32,000 nt of DNA from Pirellula staleyi DSM 6068 (GTDB lineage: Bacteria; Planctomycetota; Planctomycetia; Pirellulales; Pirellulaceae), in assembly GCA_000025185.1 (NCBI GenBank), contig CP001848.1:4560001-4592000 (forward strand). Direction: 5' to 3'. The translations under genes were made by a program, and so were the position numbers. The number at the start of each line of letters is the position of its first letter. Position 1 is the stretch's first letter. Below the pieces are notes generated by a model. That model was not told the DNA's origin. It ran no database searches and saw nothing but the letters and a program-made list of their open reading frames with translations. Of this stretch, positions 18,878 through 26,987 are shown piece after piece.

Positions 18878-19624
18878 TTACTTTTCACTACAAAAGGGAC
18901 AACCAGCCGGTTTTTCTCCCGGCATCGCGAGAAACGACGCGCCACGCACGATCGAAACGGCACCGGTGAGTAGTAGGCACCAGGCAGCCAGAGCGAAGAT
19001 CGAGCGGCGCATCGAGAGGGAGAGCAAGCGACCACCGAGTCCGGCAACGATCATCATCGGAGTGGTTCCGAGTCCGAACACAATCATCAGGAGAGCGCCA
19101 GCTGCTACTTGATGAGTGCTGACTGCTAGCGCGAGCATGCCGTAAAGTAAACCGCACGGAAGGAGCCCCGTCGCCATACCCGCCATAAATGCTCCGGTCG
19201 CATGCGGCTGTCGTAGCAGTTTGCCAATCATGCCACCTGCTAAACAAACGGTCCCGGAAGGAGTGTTTGTCGTGGAAGTTTTGCGGAACGAGAAGTAGCT
19301 AGCGACGCGCGAGAGGTAGCTGATAATCCCAGTTGCCTTAGCTCCTTGGTAAACGAGCATCAAGCCCGCAAGGATAGCAAGTACGGCGGGCACATTCGTC
19401 ATTCCTTGGGAATAGCCGCTCAGCCGATCACCTGCATAGCCGGCCACCGCACCCAGCACCGCGTACGTGAAGATACGTCCGAGCGAATAGACGATTTGGC
19501 GAGCCAAGGCCGAACTCCATCCGGAAGACGAGACTCCCACGATGAGCGCCAGGGGTCCACACATCCCGAGGCAATGGCTTGCACCAAGAATGCCGGTCAT
19601 AAAGATCAAGGGGAGTTCGATCAT
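18878..19624 (-). CDS. TauE/SafE-like / DsbD_2-type membrane protein (HCxxMCGP motif)
   Basis: Start ATG 19622-19624 overlaps the upstream TGA (ATGA at 19621-19624). N-terminal GILGASHCLGMCGPLAL motif. Polytopic, with a second Cys-containing helix (GLLPCGLLYGML). Confidence 0.75.
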   Translation of the reverse strand: MIELPLIFMTGILGASHCLGMCGPLALIVGVSSSGWSSALARQIVYSLGRIFTYAVLGAVAGYAGDRLSGYSQGMTNVPAVLAILAGLMLVYQGAKATGIISYLSRVASYFSFRKTSTTNTPSGTVCLAGGMIGKLLRQPHATGAFMAGMATGLLPCGLLYGMLALAVSTHQVAAGALLMIVFGLGTTPMMIVAGLGGRLLSLSMRRSIFALAAWCLLLTGAVSIVRGASFLAMPGEKPAGCPFCSEK

Positions 19625-21825
19625 GCGATGAGCTGAGCCTCGTTGTGATCGGTAGCAATGTGCTGACGAGGTGCATCGGATGGATCGTCACCGGAGGTGG
19701 CAGGTGATCCGTCGAGTTCAAGCGGAAAATGAGCCAGACGGAGCGAGTTCCCCACGACGAGAAAACTGCTAATTCCCATGGCAACCGCGGCGATGATGGG
19801 ATGGAGCAGTCCAGCTGCAGCGAGGGCAATCCCAGCTGCGTTGTAGCCGAAAGCCCAGAAAAGATTCCAGCGAATCACACTCACGGTCTCGCGCGAGAGC
19901 TTGACGAGCCAGCCAATCCGCCGCAGGTCGCTCTGGAGTAGGCAAATGCTGGCGGCATTGCGGGAAATGTCGGTGCCACAGCCGAGCGAGATACTGACGT
20001 CCGCTGCCGCGAGAGCCGGGGCATCGTTCACTCCATCCCCCACCATGATGACGGAAGACTTTTGTTGTTTCTGCGTCACCACTTCGAGTTTTTGATGTGG
20101 CATGAGCTGCGACTGATAGCTGATTGCCAGATCTGATGCGAGACGCGCGGCACGCTCTTCGCGATCCCCCGTCAGCATGTCGATCGACATGCCGAGTTGC
20201 TTCAGTTCCTCAACCGCAATATGTGCTTCGGGGCGAAGGTCTTCCTGAAATAGAACGCGCGCGACGATTGCTCCCTCGCAAGCGAAATAGGTTTCTGCAC
20301 ATTGGTCGTGACACGTGAGGTCCAGCTGAAATTCGGTGAAAGCACGCAGCCCTTCACGCTTCAGCCACGCCAAATTACCGAGGTAAGCAATATCGCCCGT
20401 CGATGACGAGCGGGCGCGAATTCCGCACCCGGGAATCACTTCGATTTCGCTCCAGCTGGCATCTGGCGATGTGTCCCTAAGCATGGCTGAAGCGCAGCGC
20501 AACTGGGCATAGTTACCAAGCGCCATGGCCAGTGGATGATTCGACGCGCTCGACAGCGCCTGAATCATGCAGAGCAGCGTCTGCTCGTCGTACTCATGTG
20601 CATGGTCAAAACGGATCACCGTCGGCTGTCCGGTGGTAAGTGTGCCAGTCTTGTCAAAACAACAGCTGGGCGCGGATGCCAGGATCGAAAGTGCGTCCCC
20701 CTCGCGAATCATGACACCTGCCTGCGCCGCGCGGCCAATGGCAGCCCAGAGCGCCATGGGGGTTGCTAGTCCGAGTGCACAAGGGCAGGCGATCACCACC
20801 ACCGAGAGGGCAGCGAGAATCCCTTCGGCGACGCCTCGCCAGTAGCAATGTGCAGCGAACGTGCTAATCGCGGTGATGGTGACCGCGAGCAGAAACCAAC
20901 TTGAGATCGAATCGGCCACACGCTGATAGCGACATTTCGAAGCAGCAGCCTGCTCGACCGCCTGAATCATGCGGGCCAGCATTCCTTCGCCAGGAACGGC
21001 ACGGGCCTCGATGACGAGTGGTCCATCCAAAACGAGCGAGCCACTTTGAACTGCATCACCTACCTGTTTTTCGACCGGCATACTTTCGCCGGTGATCACT
21101 TGCTCGTCGACAGCAGCAGCGAACTGCACAATGACGCCATCGGCAGCGATGCGTTCTCCGGGAAGGACCTTAAAGTGCTCTCCCACTTGCAGCTGATCGG
21201 CGGGAGCAATCTCTGTTTCTGATCCCAACATCTTTCGCACTTCGGCAGGGAGCAGTTTTGCAAGTCCGCGAAGTGCTGCAGTGGTTTGCAGCTTCCCCGT
21301 AGCTTCGAACCATCGTCCAAGAGTGACAGCGACAAGAATGATCGCCGCGACTTCGAAATAGACATGACCATCGGTGACGAGGAGCGAATGCACCGAGTAC
21401 AAAAGCGATCCGATCACCCCCAAAAGCAGCAGCAAGCTTAGCGAGGGACGACCGCGACGAAGTTCAAGATAGGCATCCTCGACGAGTGTTCCACCGAGGA
21501 GAAACAACACAGGGAGTGTGAACAGGAGGCACGCGAAACGCGCTACGCCATACCACAGTCGCGAGAGTTCATCAGCAGCCACACGATCTTGCGACCAGAG
21601 CAACATGGTGAACACCATGACGTTCATCGCAAAGAAGACAGCGATCCCGAGACGGGTCATCGTCCAGCGAGCCTGACCTTCATCGCCATCAGCGGCGGTT
21701 ACTGTTGCGGCGAAACGACAGCCAGTGCAGCAGTAGACCTGGGCGACATCGACCGCATCATTGTGCGTCGGCAGTCCACAGAAACTGCAGTCGACAGTGG
21801 CACGTGCTTCGCGATCGGTGTTCAT
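19621..21825 (-). CDS. ccoI: Heavy-metal (Cu) translocating P1B-type ATPase, CcoI/FixI-type
   Basis: I prefer ATG 21823-21825 (MNTDREA..); the ORF-track start at 21972 would overlap the upstream small ORF. N-terminal CSFCGLP..VYCCTGCRF matches the Cys-rich metal-binding domain seen in FixI-type ATPases. CPCALGLATP, DKTGTLT, SNHP and MVGDGVNDAPAL motifs are present. Sits downstream of ccoNO. Confidence 0.75.
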   Translation of the reverse strand: MNTDREARATVDCSFCGLPTHNDAVDVAQVYCCTGCRFAATVTAADGDEGQARWTMTRLGIAVFFAMNVMVFTMLLWSQDRVAADELSRLWYGVARFACLLFTLPVLFLLGGTLVEDAYLELRRGRPSLSLLLLLGVIGSLLYSVHSLLVTDGHVYFEVAAIILVAVTLGRWFEATGKLQTTAALRGLAKLLPAEVRKMLGSETEIAPADQLQVGEHFKVLPGERIAADGVIVQFAAAVDEQVITGESMPVEKQVGDAVQSGSLVLDGPLVIEARAVPGEGMLARMIQAVEQAAASKCRYQRVADSISSWFLLAVTITAISTFAAHCYWRGVAEGILAALSVVVIACPCALGLATPMALWAAIGRAAQAGVMIREGDALSILASAPSCCFDKTGTLTTGQPTVIRFDHAHEYDEQTLLCMIQALSSASNHPLAMALGNYAQLRCASAMLRDTSPDASWSEIEVIPGCGIRARSSSTGDIAYLGNLAWLKREGLRAFTEFQLDLTCHDQCAETYFACEGAIVARVLFQEDLRPEAHIAVEELKQLGMSIDMLTGDREERAARLASDLAISYQSQLMPHQKLEVVTQKQQKSSVIMVGDGVNDAPALAAADVSISLGCGTDISRNAASICLLQSDLRRIGWLVKLSRETVSVIRWNLFWAFGYNAAGIALAAAGLLHPIIAAVAMGISSFLVVGNSLRLAHFPLELDGSPATSGDDPSDAPRQHIATDHNEAQLIA

Positions 21826-21866
21826 ATGGAGATGCTGCTGATCGATCGCTGGAAGCGACACGCCGA

Positions 21867-22043
21867 TCAAGGGCGCTGAAAGAGCTCGACCTGTAAGGCA
21901 GGAAACAGGAATCGAATCGTATAGATCACCGCAAAGATCCAAAAACCAATCCAGATCGCGCGGACATACCACGGGATGTCGTTACCGACATAGTTGTGAT
22001 GCTGATGCTCGCTCTCAGCAGAGGAATCATCGACGTTGGTCAT
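21867..22043 (-). CDS. Small single-TM membrane protein (58 aa), unassigned
   Basis: ATG 22041-22043 (MTNVDDSSAESEHQHHNYVGNDIPWYVRAIWIGFWIFAVIYTIRFLF..). One clear TM helix. 44 nt after the previous gene and 41 nt before ccoI. Supported only by position and hydrophobicity. Confidence 0.45.
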   Translation of the reverse strand: MTNVDDSSAESEHQHHNYVGNDIPWYVRAIWIGFWIFAVIYTIRFLFPALQVELFQRP

Positions 22044-22087
22044 AACACGGCATTCCAATCATCAGGGATGCGAATGGGAATCATTTT

Positions 22088-22402
22088 CTACTTGTGAAAC
22101 AGTGGAACATCTTTTCGATCGCGATCGAGGAGTTGTTCCTGCTCGAGCATTTGCAGCTTGGGGCTTTCGATATCGCGAAACATGCCACGACGAGCGGCCC
22201 ACAGCAGCAAGCAAAAGAAGCCCAGGCTTGCCAGCAAGTAGTTCATGATCGGAGCGACGGCAAAAGCGCCACCCGCTTCACCACGAAACACATGCACCAG
22301 CTCAATGAACTTTCCGATGAAACCATAGCCGCTCGGAATGAGAATCAGGAACGCGAGTAACAGCGTGACGCGCACCTGCCACTGATTGCTTTGCGTATGC
22401 AT
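22088..22402 (-). CDS. Small 2-TM membrane protein (104 aa), unassigned
   Basis: ATG 22400-22402 lies only 2 nt after the ccoO TAA. Two hydrophobic helices (VTLLLAFLILIPSGYGFIG; IMNYLLASLGFFCLLLWAA) and a charged C-terminal tail. Confidence 0.55.
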   Translation of the reverse strand: MHTQSNQWQVRVTLLLAFLILIPSGYGFIGKFIELVHVFRGEAGGAFAVAPIMNYLLASLGFFCLLLWAARRGMFRDIESPKLQMLEQEQLLDRDRKDVPLFHK

Positions 22403-22404
22403 GA

Positions 22405-23109
22405 TTAATCGTCTCCCTTTACTTCGCTTAGCTCTTCATAGTAGGGATAGCTCTCTTGCCAGGAACCAAGCCACTGCACATACGCAATGAGCGCGAGACC
22501 TCGGCGATTCGGCTTGTCGGGAGCACCTTCAAACAGCCACGGATAGGAAGGCATGGGTGAGCCTTTGGATACAATCGTCGGCTGAAAGAAATGCACCGCA
22601 TGCCAGTCGTTACTTCGCCGGCCACCTTCACGGCTAAGATCGGGCCCGACACGTCGTGTGCCAAACATCACCGGTCGCTGCAGTTCGTTTTGGTACTCTT
22701 CCGTTTTGCTCACTGGCCCAAATCGTAGCGACTCGTTGGAGACTGGACGGACAAACTGACTGTGACAGTGCCAGCAACCTTCACCGATATAGACTTGACG
22801 ACCTAGACGAAGGGCTTCAGCCGCTTTGTCGGTCACCACTTGCTCGTTCTTTACCGCTTGGGGATCGTCTTTCGCAGTGGATACAGGTGTCGGAGGTGGC
22901 AGTTCGCCAAAGGCTTTCACAAACGACTCCTGGTAGCGTGCTTCGAGATCTCGAAACTGCGACACCAGACGTGGATTCACCACTTGTTCAGCGGTTTTCT
23001 CGGGGAGATCTTTGTACATCAACATCGGCAATGCGCCGTTGCTGAGGAACGCGAAGACGAAGAACCCGACACCAGCGATAAACAAGATTCCTGTTTTGGA
23101 TTCAAACAT
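22405..23109 (-). CDS. ccoO: cbb3-type cytochrome c oxidase subunit II (monoheme)
   Basis: ATG 23107-23109. N-terminal TM anchor. YIGEGCWHCHSQFVRP heme motif and VGPDLSREGGRRSNDWHAVHFFQP...GSPMPSYPWLF, as in CcoO/FixO. Directly downstream of ccoN. Confidence 0.9.
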   Translation of the reverse strand: MFESKTGILFIAGVGFFVFAFLSNGALPMLMYKDLPEKTAEQVVNPRLVSQFRDLEARYQESFVKAFGELPPPTPVSTAKDDPQAVKNEQVVTDKAAEALRLGRQVYIGEGCWHCHSQFVRPVSNESLRFGPVSKTEEYQNELQRPVMFGTRRVGPDLSREGGRRSNDWHAVHFFQPTIVSKGSPMPSYPWLFEGAPDKPNRRGLALIAYVQWLGSWQESYPYYEELSEVKGDD

Positions 23110-23161
23110 GGATCGTTGATTCTTTCGAGGACTTTATTCAAGACTCTTGGATACGAGGAGC

Positions 23162-24652
23162 TTAGTTGCCCAAGGCTGCGACGGAGGTGGAGGTGGCAGG
23201 TGCTGGAGTTGTTGCTCCTCGCGCGGTCATCCACAGGTTGTAGAGGAAGCACAAGAGCCCGCCGAACATCGCTAGGCCAGCGAAAACGCGGATGATCCAG
23301 AACGGCTGCGAACCATCGACCGACACTTCCCACGGCTGTAGCGAAGCCCAGTAATACCCTTGAAAAACGCCCGCCAGTGTGAGATCGAGGAACATCACAA
23401 ACAGCCCAACCGTCGACAGCCAGTAGTGCCATTCGCACAACGATCGGCTGTACCATTCTCGCCCGTAGAGTCGCGGGAAGAGGTAAGTCATCACCCCAAA
23501 AATCCAGATCGAGAAGACACCGAACATCACCAAGTGTGCATGTCCCACCACCCAGTCGGAAAAGTGAATCAGCTTCTGAAAGGTGAGGGTCACTTGCAGA
23601 GCACACTGAAAGCAGGTGATGAAATAGAAGACCATTCCGGTATAGAAATAGCGAACAGGCATGTTATCGAAAAACGCGCGACCACGTCCCCAGAGCGTTC
23701 CAAAGAAGTTGATCACCACGGTCGCGACCACGAGTTCCACCGCGATCGTCGAGATCACCGCACCATATTGCAGGAACATCGGAATCGGTGTGTAGAGAAA
23801 GTGGTGAATCCCTTGCAGCGGATAGAAGAACGCGAGCCCCCAGAAACCGACGAGCGAAAGTCCGTGGCTCCAGATGGGCTTTTTGAGCATGATCGGGACG
23901 AAGTAGTACATCATGCCCCAGCCTAGAGGCGTGACGAAGAGTCCGACGAGATCGTGAATGAAGAGACCACCGATCGCGCCGGCGCTGGTTCCAGCAACGG
24001 TGTATTCGGGGAGCAAGTTTCCCATGGCTACGGTAAGGGGAGTCCAAACGAACATCGCCATGAAGTACCACAGCGTGACGTACTGAGGTCCTTTGGTACG
24101 CGCGATCGGAACCATGAAGTTGAAACCGACGAGCAGCAGTCCGACGAGCGAAAGGGGATCGATCCAGAAGGGGGTTTCGCCCCATTCAAGACCTTGAGCG
24201 CCAAGGCTCATGGGCAAGTGATATCGCGTCGCGAGGTCCATGACCCAAGGCTGATCTTGCAGCGTCGGTCCAACGATAATGCCGACTGCTGTTGAGAGGA
24301 CGACAAACTGCCACGCAAAGAAAATGAAGTACGAGAGGTAGGAACTCGCGACTCGATGAAACGTCAGTCGCGGCACAATCCAGTGAAGTATTCCGAGGAA
24401 TGCGTTGGCGAGAAAACCATACGCAATGGCGTTGGTATGGATCATGCGCCAACGACCGGGCGAGAGGAGTTCGATGCCGTTAAGCGGATTCTCGCGAATC
24501 AGCTGTAGCGCCATGAGCAACCCACCGAGCATCGAGATGAAGATGAACGTGAGCGCGGTATAGAAGTACCAGCGCACCAGCCGCTCATCGACAAGGTCTG
24601 CATGTCGTGGGGAATTCTCGCTTACCTGTCCGTGTGTCGATTCCGCGTTCAT
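23162..24652 (-). CDS. ccoN: cbb3-type cytochrome c oxidase subunit I
   Basis: 496 aa polytopic protein. Heme/CuB ligand pattern MIHTN, FIHD, GMMYYFVP, GIHHF, GHAHLVMFG in the order expected for CcoN/FixN. Confidence 0.92.
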   Translation of the reverse strand: MNAESTHGQVSENSPRHADLVDERLVRWYFYTALTFIFISMLGGLLMALQLIRENPLNGIELLSPGRWRMIHTNAIAYGFLANAFLGILHWIVPRLTFHRVASSYLSYFIFFAWQFVVLSTAVGIIVGPTLQDQPWVMDLATRYHLPMSLGAQGLEWGETPFWIDPLSLVGLLLVGFNFMVPIARTKGPQYVTLWYFMAMFVWTPLTVAMGNLLPEYTVAGTSAGAIGGLFIHDLVGLFVTPLGWGMMYYFVPIMLKKPIWSHGLSLVGFWGLAFFYPLQGIHHFLYTPIPMFLQYGAVISTIAVELVVATVVINFFGTLWGRGRAFFDNMPVRYFYTGMVFYFITCFQCALQVTLTFQKLIHFSDWVVGHAHLVMFGVFSIWIFGVMTYLFPRLYGREWYSRSLCEWHYWLSTVGLFVMFLDLTLAGVFQGYYWASLQPWEVSVDGSQPFWIIRVFAGLAMFGGLLCFLYNLWMTARGATTPAPATSTSVAALGN

Positions 24653-25278
24653 TACTTCTCCAGCGACGTGCTATAGGGCACGAATTTTCCCATGGGGTAT
24701 AGAAGTGCCATGGTCCAGCCAAAAACCAAGTGTGTCAGGATGGCGACACCAACTGGAATCTCCGTGAGAATCCAATTGCCACCAAACATCAAGGGCTGAA
24801 GCCAAGAGAGGAGCAGGTAGTAGTTCACCACCCACACCGCCATGCCGAGTCCACTTGCAATCAAAAGGCGTGGAACTAATTGCTCGGCTTGCTTTATTCG
24901 ACTGAGGACCACCTGAAACAGGGCACCGAGCAAAGCGCCGGTCGCGATGTACAAGCAGCAACCGATCGCCAGTATGAGTCCTGTTTCGAGCGTGGGATCG
25001 AGAGCGCGCTCACCGAGTCCAAATGTCAGATAAACCTTGATGATTTGCATCGGGTGCTGACCGATGGCAAGCGAACCAACGGCGTTGAACATCAAGCTCG
25101 CGAGCGCCGCGATCATTCCGAGAAAGAATCCGGTCGTCGCATAGTACGTGAGATAATATTCTTTGGTCCAAGCGCTACTGACTTCCGTCTTCGATTGTTG
25201 CTCTTCTTCAAGCTGAGCCACGCGCGCTCGAAGCTGCGCGAGTTCCTCTTGAATAGCGGAGAGATCTTTGGTGTTCAT
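24652..25278 (-). CDS. Membrane protein with N-terminal coiled coil (208 aa), unassigned, translationally coupled to ccoN
   Basis: ATG 25276-25278. N-terminus LSAIQEELAQLRARVAQLEEEQQ is followed by about 5 TM helices. Its TAA (24652-24654) shares one base with the ccoN ATG (24650-24652), giving TAATG on the minus strand. Confidence 0.65.
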   Translation of the reverse strand: MNTKDLSAIQEELAQLRARVAQLEEEQQSKTEVSSAWTKEYYLTYYATTGFFLGMIAALASLMFNAVGSLAIGQHPMQIIKVYLTFGLGERALDPTLETGLILAIGCCLYIATGALLGALFQVVLSRIKQAEQLVPRLLIASGLGMAVWVVNYYLLLSWLQPLMFGGNWILTEIPVGVAILTHLVFGWTMALLYPMGKFVPYSTSLEK

Positions 25279-25317
25279 GGAACTTGTTTCGTCGTAGGAA
25301 TGACTGGCTATGGTTGC

Positions 25318-26622
25318 CTAGAACTCGGTGGCAGGCTCAGCGGTCGGTTCCACAGCTGGCTCAGCCGGTGCTTCCGCTGCGGGCTCCGTGGCTGGTGTTT
25401 CCGCTGGAGGTGCCATTGGCTCGGCCGGAGTTGCTTCGGGGGTTTCCGCAGCAGGTGTTTCGGTGGCCGGCGCTTCAGTGGCCGGCGTTTCAGGCGCAGA
25501 TGCTTCAGGCGTGGCTGAGAGTGCTTCAGCCTGTTTTTGGGCTTCTTTTTTGATCTCTTCCTCGATCACTGCAACCGGCAAAGGACGCCCCTCGACGATG
25601 CTGGTGATGAAGTGCGACAGCCGCCAGATCGTCTCGCTCCGATCAAGTTCCGTCTCGCCAATCGAGGCATCAGGGAGTGCGAATCCAGGCATCGGCGTGC
25701 CGTTAATCCCCGAGTAGATGCGGCGATAGATGTCTGCCGGGCGTCTGCCGCCATGCAGCATTCCGCTCGTTAGGTCCGCAGCGTATGCAATGCGTCCCCA
25801 ATCATCCTTACCCACATCTTGGGCCCTGTTTCCTCGGCCATCAGGACCGTGGCACTTGTAGCAATTGAGCCGCACGAAAGCCCGAGCGCCTGCTTCGATC
25901 GAGGCATCGTCGTAGAACGGTTGTGGCGTGAGAGGCTGTACCAGCAGCGAGTCGGCTTCGAGCCAGGCTGACTCGATGAACTGCTGATTCTCGGCAACAG
26001 TGATCGCGTCGACTTCGTCCTCTTCCTCGAGCTGTGAGCTGGCAAAAGTGGTGAGTCGATATTCGAGTTCACCGCGTGAACTTAAGAGCATGACGTAGTC
26101 GACAACCGCCTCGAGTTCCGTTTCGGGCATCCAGCGGAACGTCGGCATGCTTGTTCCCTTAGCACCGCGACGGATGATGCGAACGAGATCGGCGCGACGT
26201 GGCTTCGATCCCCGTGGCGTGCTGATGAACTTGAACTTGCCGAGGCGATAATCGCGCGGTGGAGGGTTGAGGTAGGGGGCCGCCGGGCCGTTTCCATCCC
26301 CGGTATCACCGTGGCATCCAGCGCACTGACGCTGATAAACCTCTTGTCCAAGTCGCAGCTGACCTCGATCAACGGCATCGGTGAGGAGCGGCTTCTCTGC
26401 ATCCGCAGGCTGCTCCTCAGCGATCTTCATCATCTTGGGGAAGAGCGGAGAGCCGTAGTATTCCTCGAGCGCCGAGGAAATCTGCTTTTGGTGGGACTCG
26501 GGAAGCTCCGACATTTCGGCACGAGGCACGTAGGTCGGTATCGCTTCGGTATGACAGCCCGCCATTACCCCGAGTAATCCCGTGGCAAGACACGTAAGGC
26601 CAGCGACGCGAATGAAGGTCAT
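25318..26622 (-). CDS. Diheme c-type cytochrome, possible lipoprotein, with Pro/Glu/Ala/Thr-rich C-terminal tail
   Basis: ATG 26620-26622. N-terminus MTFIRVAGLTCLATGLLGVMAGCH is a signal with a lipobox-like MAGC. Two CXXCH motifs (CAGCH at residues 100-104, CYKCH at residues 254-258), each followed by a GT(S/P)MP Met-ligand-like motif. First gene of the cbb3 cluster. Confidence 0.85.
   Translation of the reverse strand: MTFIRVAGLTCLATGLLGVMAGCHTEAIPTYVPRAEMSELPESHQKQISSALEEYYGSPLFPKMMKIAEEQPADAEKPLLTDAVDRGQLRLGQEVYQRQCAGCHGDTGDGNGPAAPYLNPPPRDYRLGKFKFISTPRGSKPRRADLVRIIRRGAKGTSMPTFRWMPETELEAVVDYVMLLSSRGELEYRLTTFASSQLEEEDEVDAITVAENQQFIESAWLEADSLLVQPLTPQPFYDDASIEAGARAFVRLNCYKCHGPDGRGNRAQDVGKDDWGRIAYAADLTSGMLHGGRRPADIYRRIYSGINGTPMPGFALPDASIGETELDRSETIWRLSHFITSIVEGRPLPVAVIEEEIKKEAQKQAEALSATPEASAPETPATEAPATETPAAETPEATPAEPMAPPAETPATEPAAEAPAEPAVEPTAEPATEF
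25321..25527 (-). repeat. Low-complexity coding repeat (PEAT-rich tail of the cytochrome c)
   Basis: Encodes ..ATPEASAPETPATEAPATETPAAETPEATPAEPMAPPAETPATEPAAEAPAEPAVEPTAEPATEF. On the DNA there are degenerate short tandem units, e.g. GTGGCCGGCG(C/T)TTCAG twice in succession near 25462-25493. Confidence 0.7.
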
Positions 26623-26987
26623 AGTGAAGCGTACTTGCGAGTGACAGCGGCTCGACTCCTACCAAATGGTCGAGATGCCGTGACTCAAAAGCACTTGCCG
26701 TGCCAGAATCGCTCGCTGAGCATTTTCGAGCAGTGGATTTGTGCAACTGCGGTTAAAACGCTTGTTTCACGTTAGTCTAGAGCAGCTGCGCGAAGCAGCG
26801 AGACCTCTAGCAGCCGATAGTGTGCGAAACAAGGCGCGCACCACTGTGCGTAATGTCACGAAGAAAGTGTGCACCGCGCGCACTCGGCGCAAAGTTGCCA
26901 GCGATCCGAGGTAGTGCGACTGCCGCCGCAGATTTTTCTGTGACGCAGCGACTCAGCTGATAACGAATCGGCGTGCGGAATCGACGC

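Noticed and set aside
21826-21972. N-terminal 49-codon extension of the P-type ATPase ORF
   Set aside because: It would overlap the 58-aa upstream ORF by about 100 nt and adds sequence that does not resemble an ATPase. The Cys-rich metal-binding motif begins shortly after the Met at 21825.
21867-22043. Possibility that the 58-aa ORF is CcoS or CcoQ
   Set aside because: The layout is a long acidic/His-rich N-terminus followed by a TM helix. This does not match the N-terminal-TM CcoQ or CcoS patterns as I recall them. It is left unassigned rather than given a gene symbol.
23019-24452. Several 88-195 aa alternative-frame ORFs within ccoN on both strands
   Set aside because: ccoN motifs (HHF, GHAHL and others) define the true frame. 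The others are frame or shadow artefacts.
24880-25717. Plus-strand ORFs (212 aa, 129 aa, 89 aa) with Gly/Ser/Ala/Arg repeats
   Set aside because: They are the antisense reading of the PEAT-rich tail and of the adjacent membrane-protein gene. The low complexity is a mirror image of the real coding repeat.
26777-26810. Nested hairpin (CTAGAG..CTCTAG enclosing GCTGC-GCGAA-GCAGC) between the DUF1801 gene and the cbb3 cluster
   Set aside because: The stems are short (6 + 5 bp) with an internal mismatch and no U-tract. It sits about 180 nt from the upstream stop. Not enough to call a terminator or an RNA element.
26623-26987. Canonical FNR/FixK box (TTGAT-N4-ATCAA) upstream of the cbb3 cluster
   Set aside because: I scanned both strands by eye. 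No TTGAT or ATCAA half-site is present in the region.
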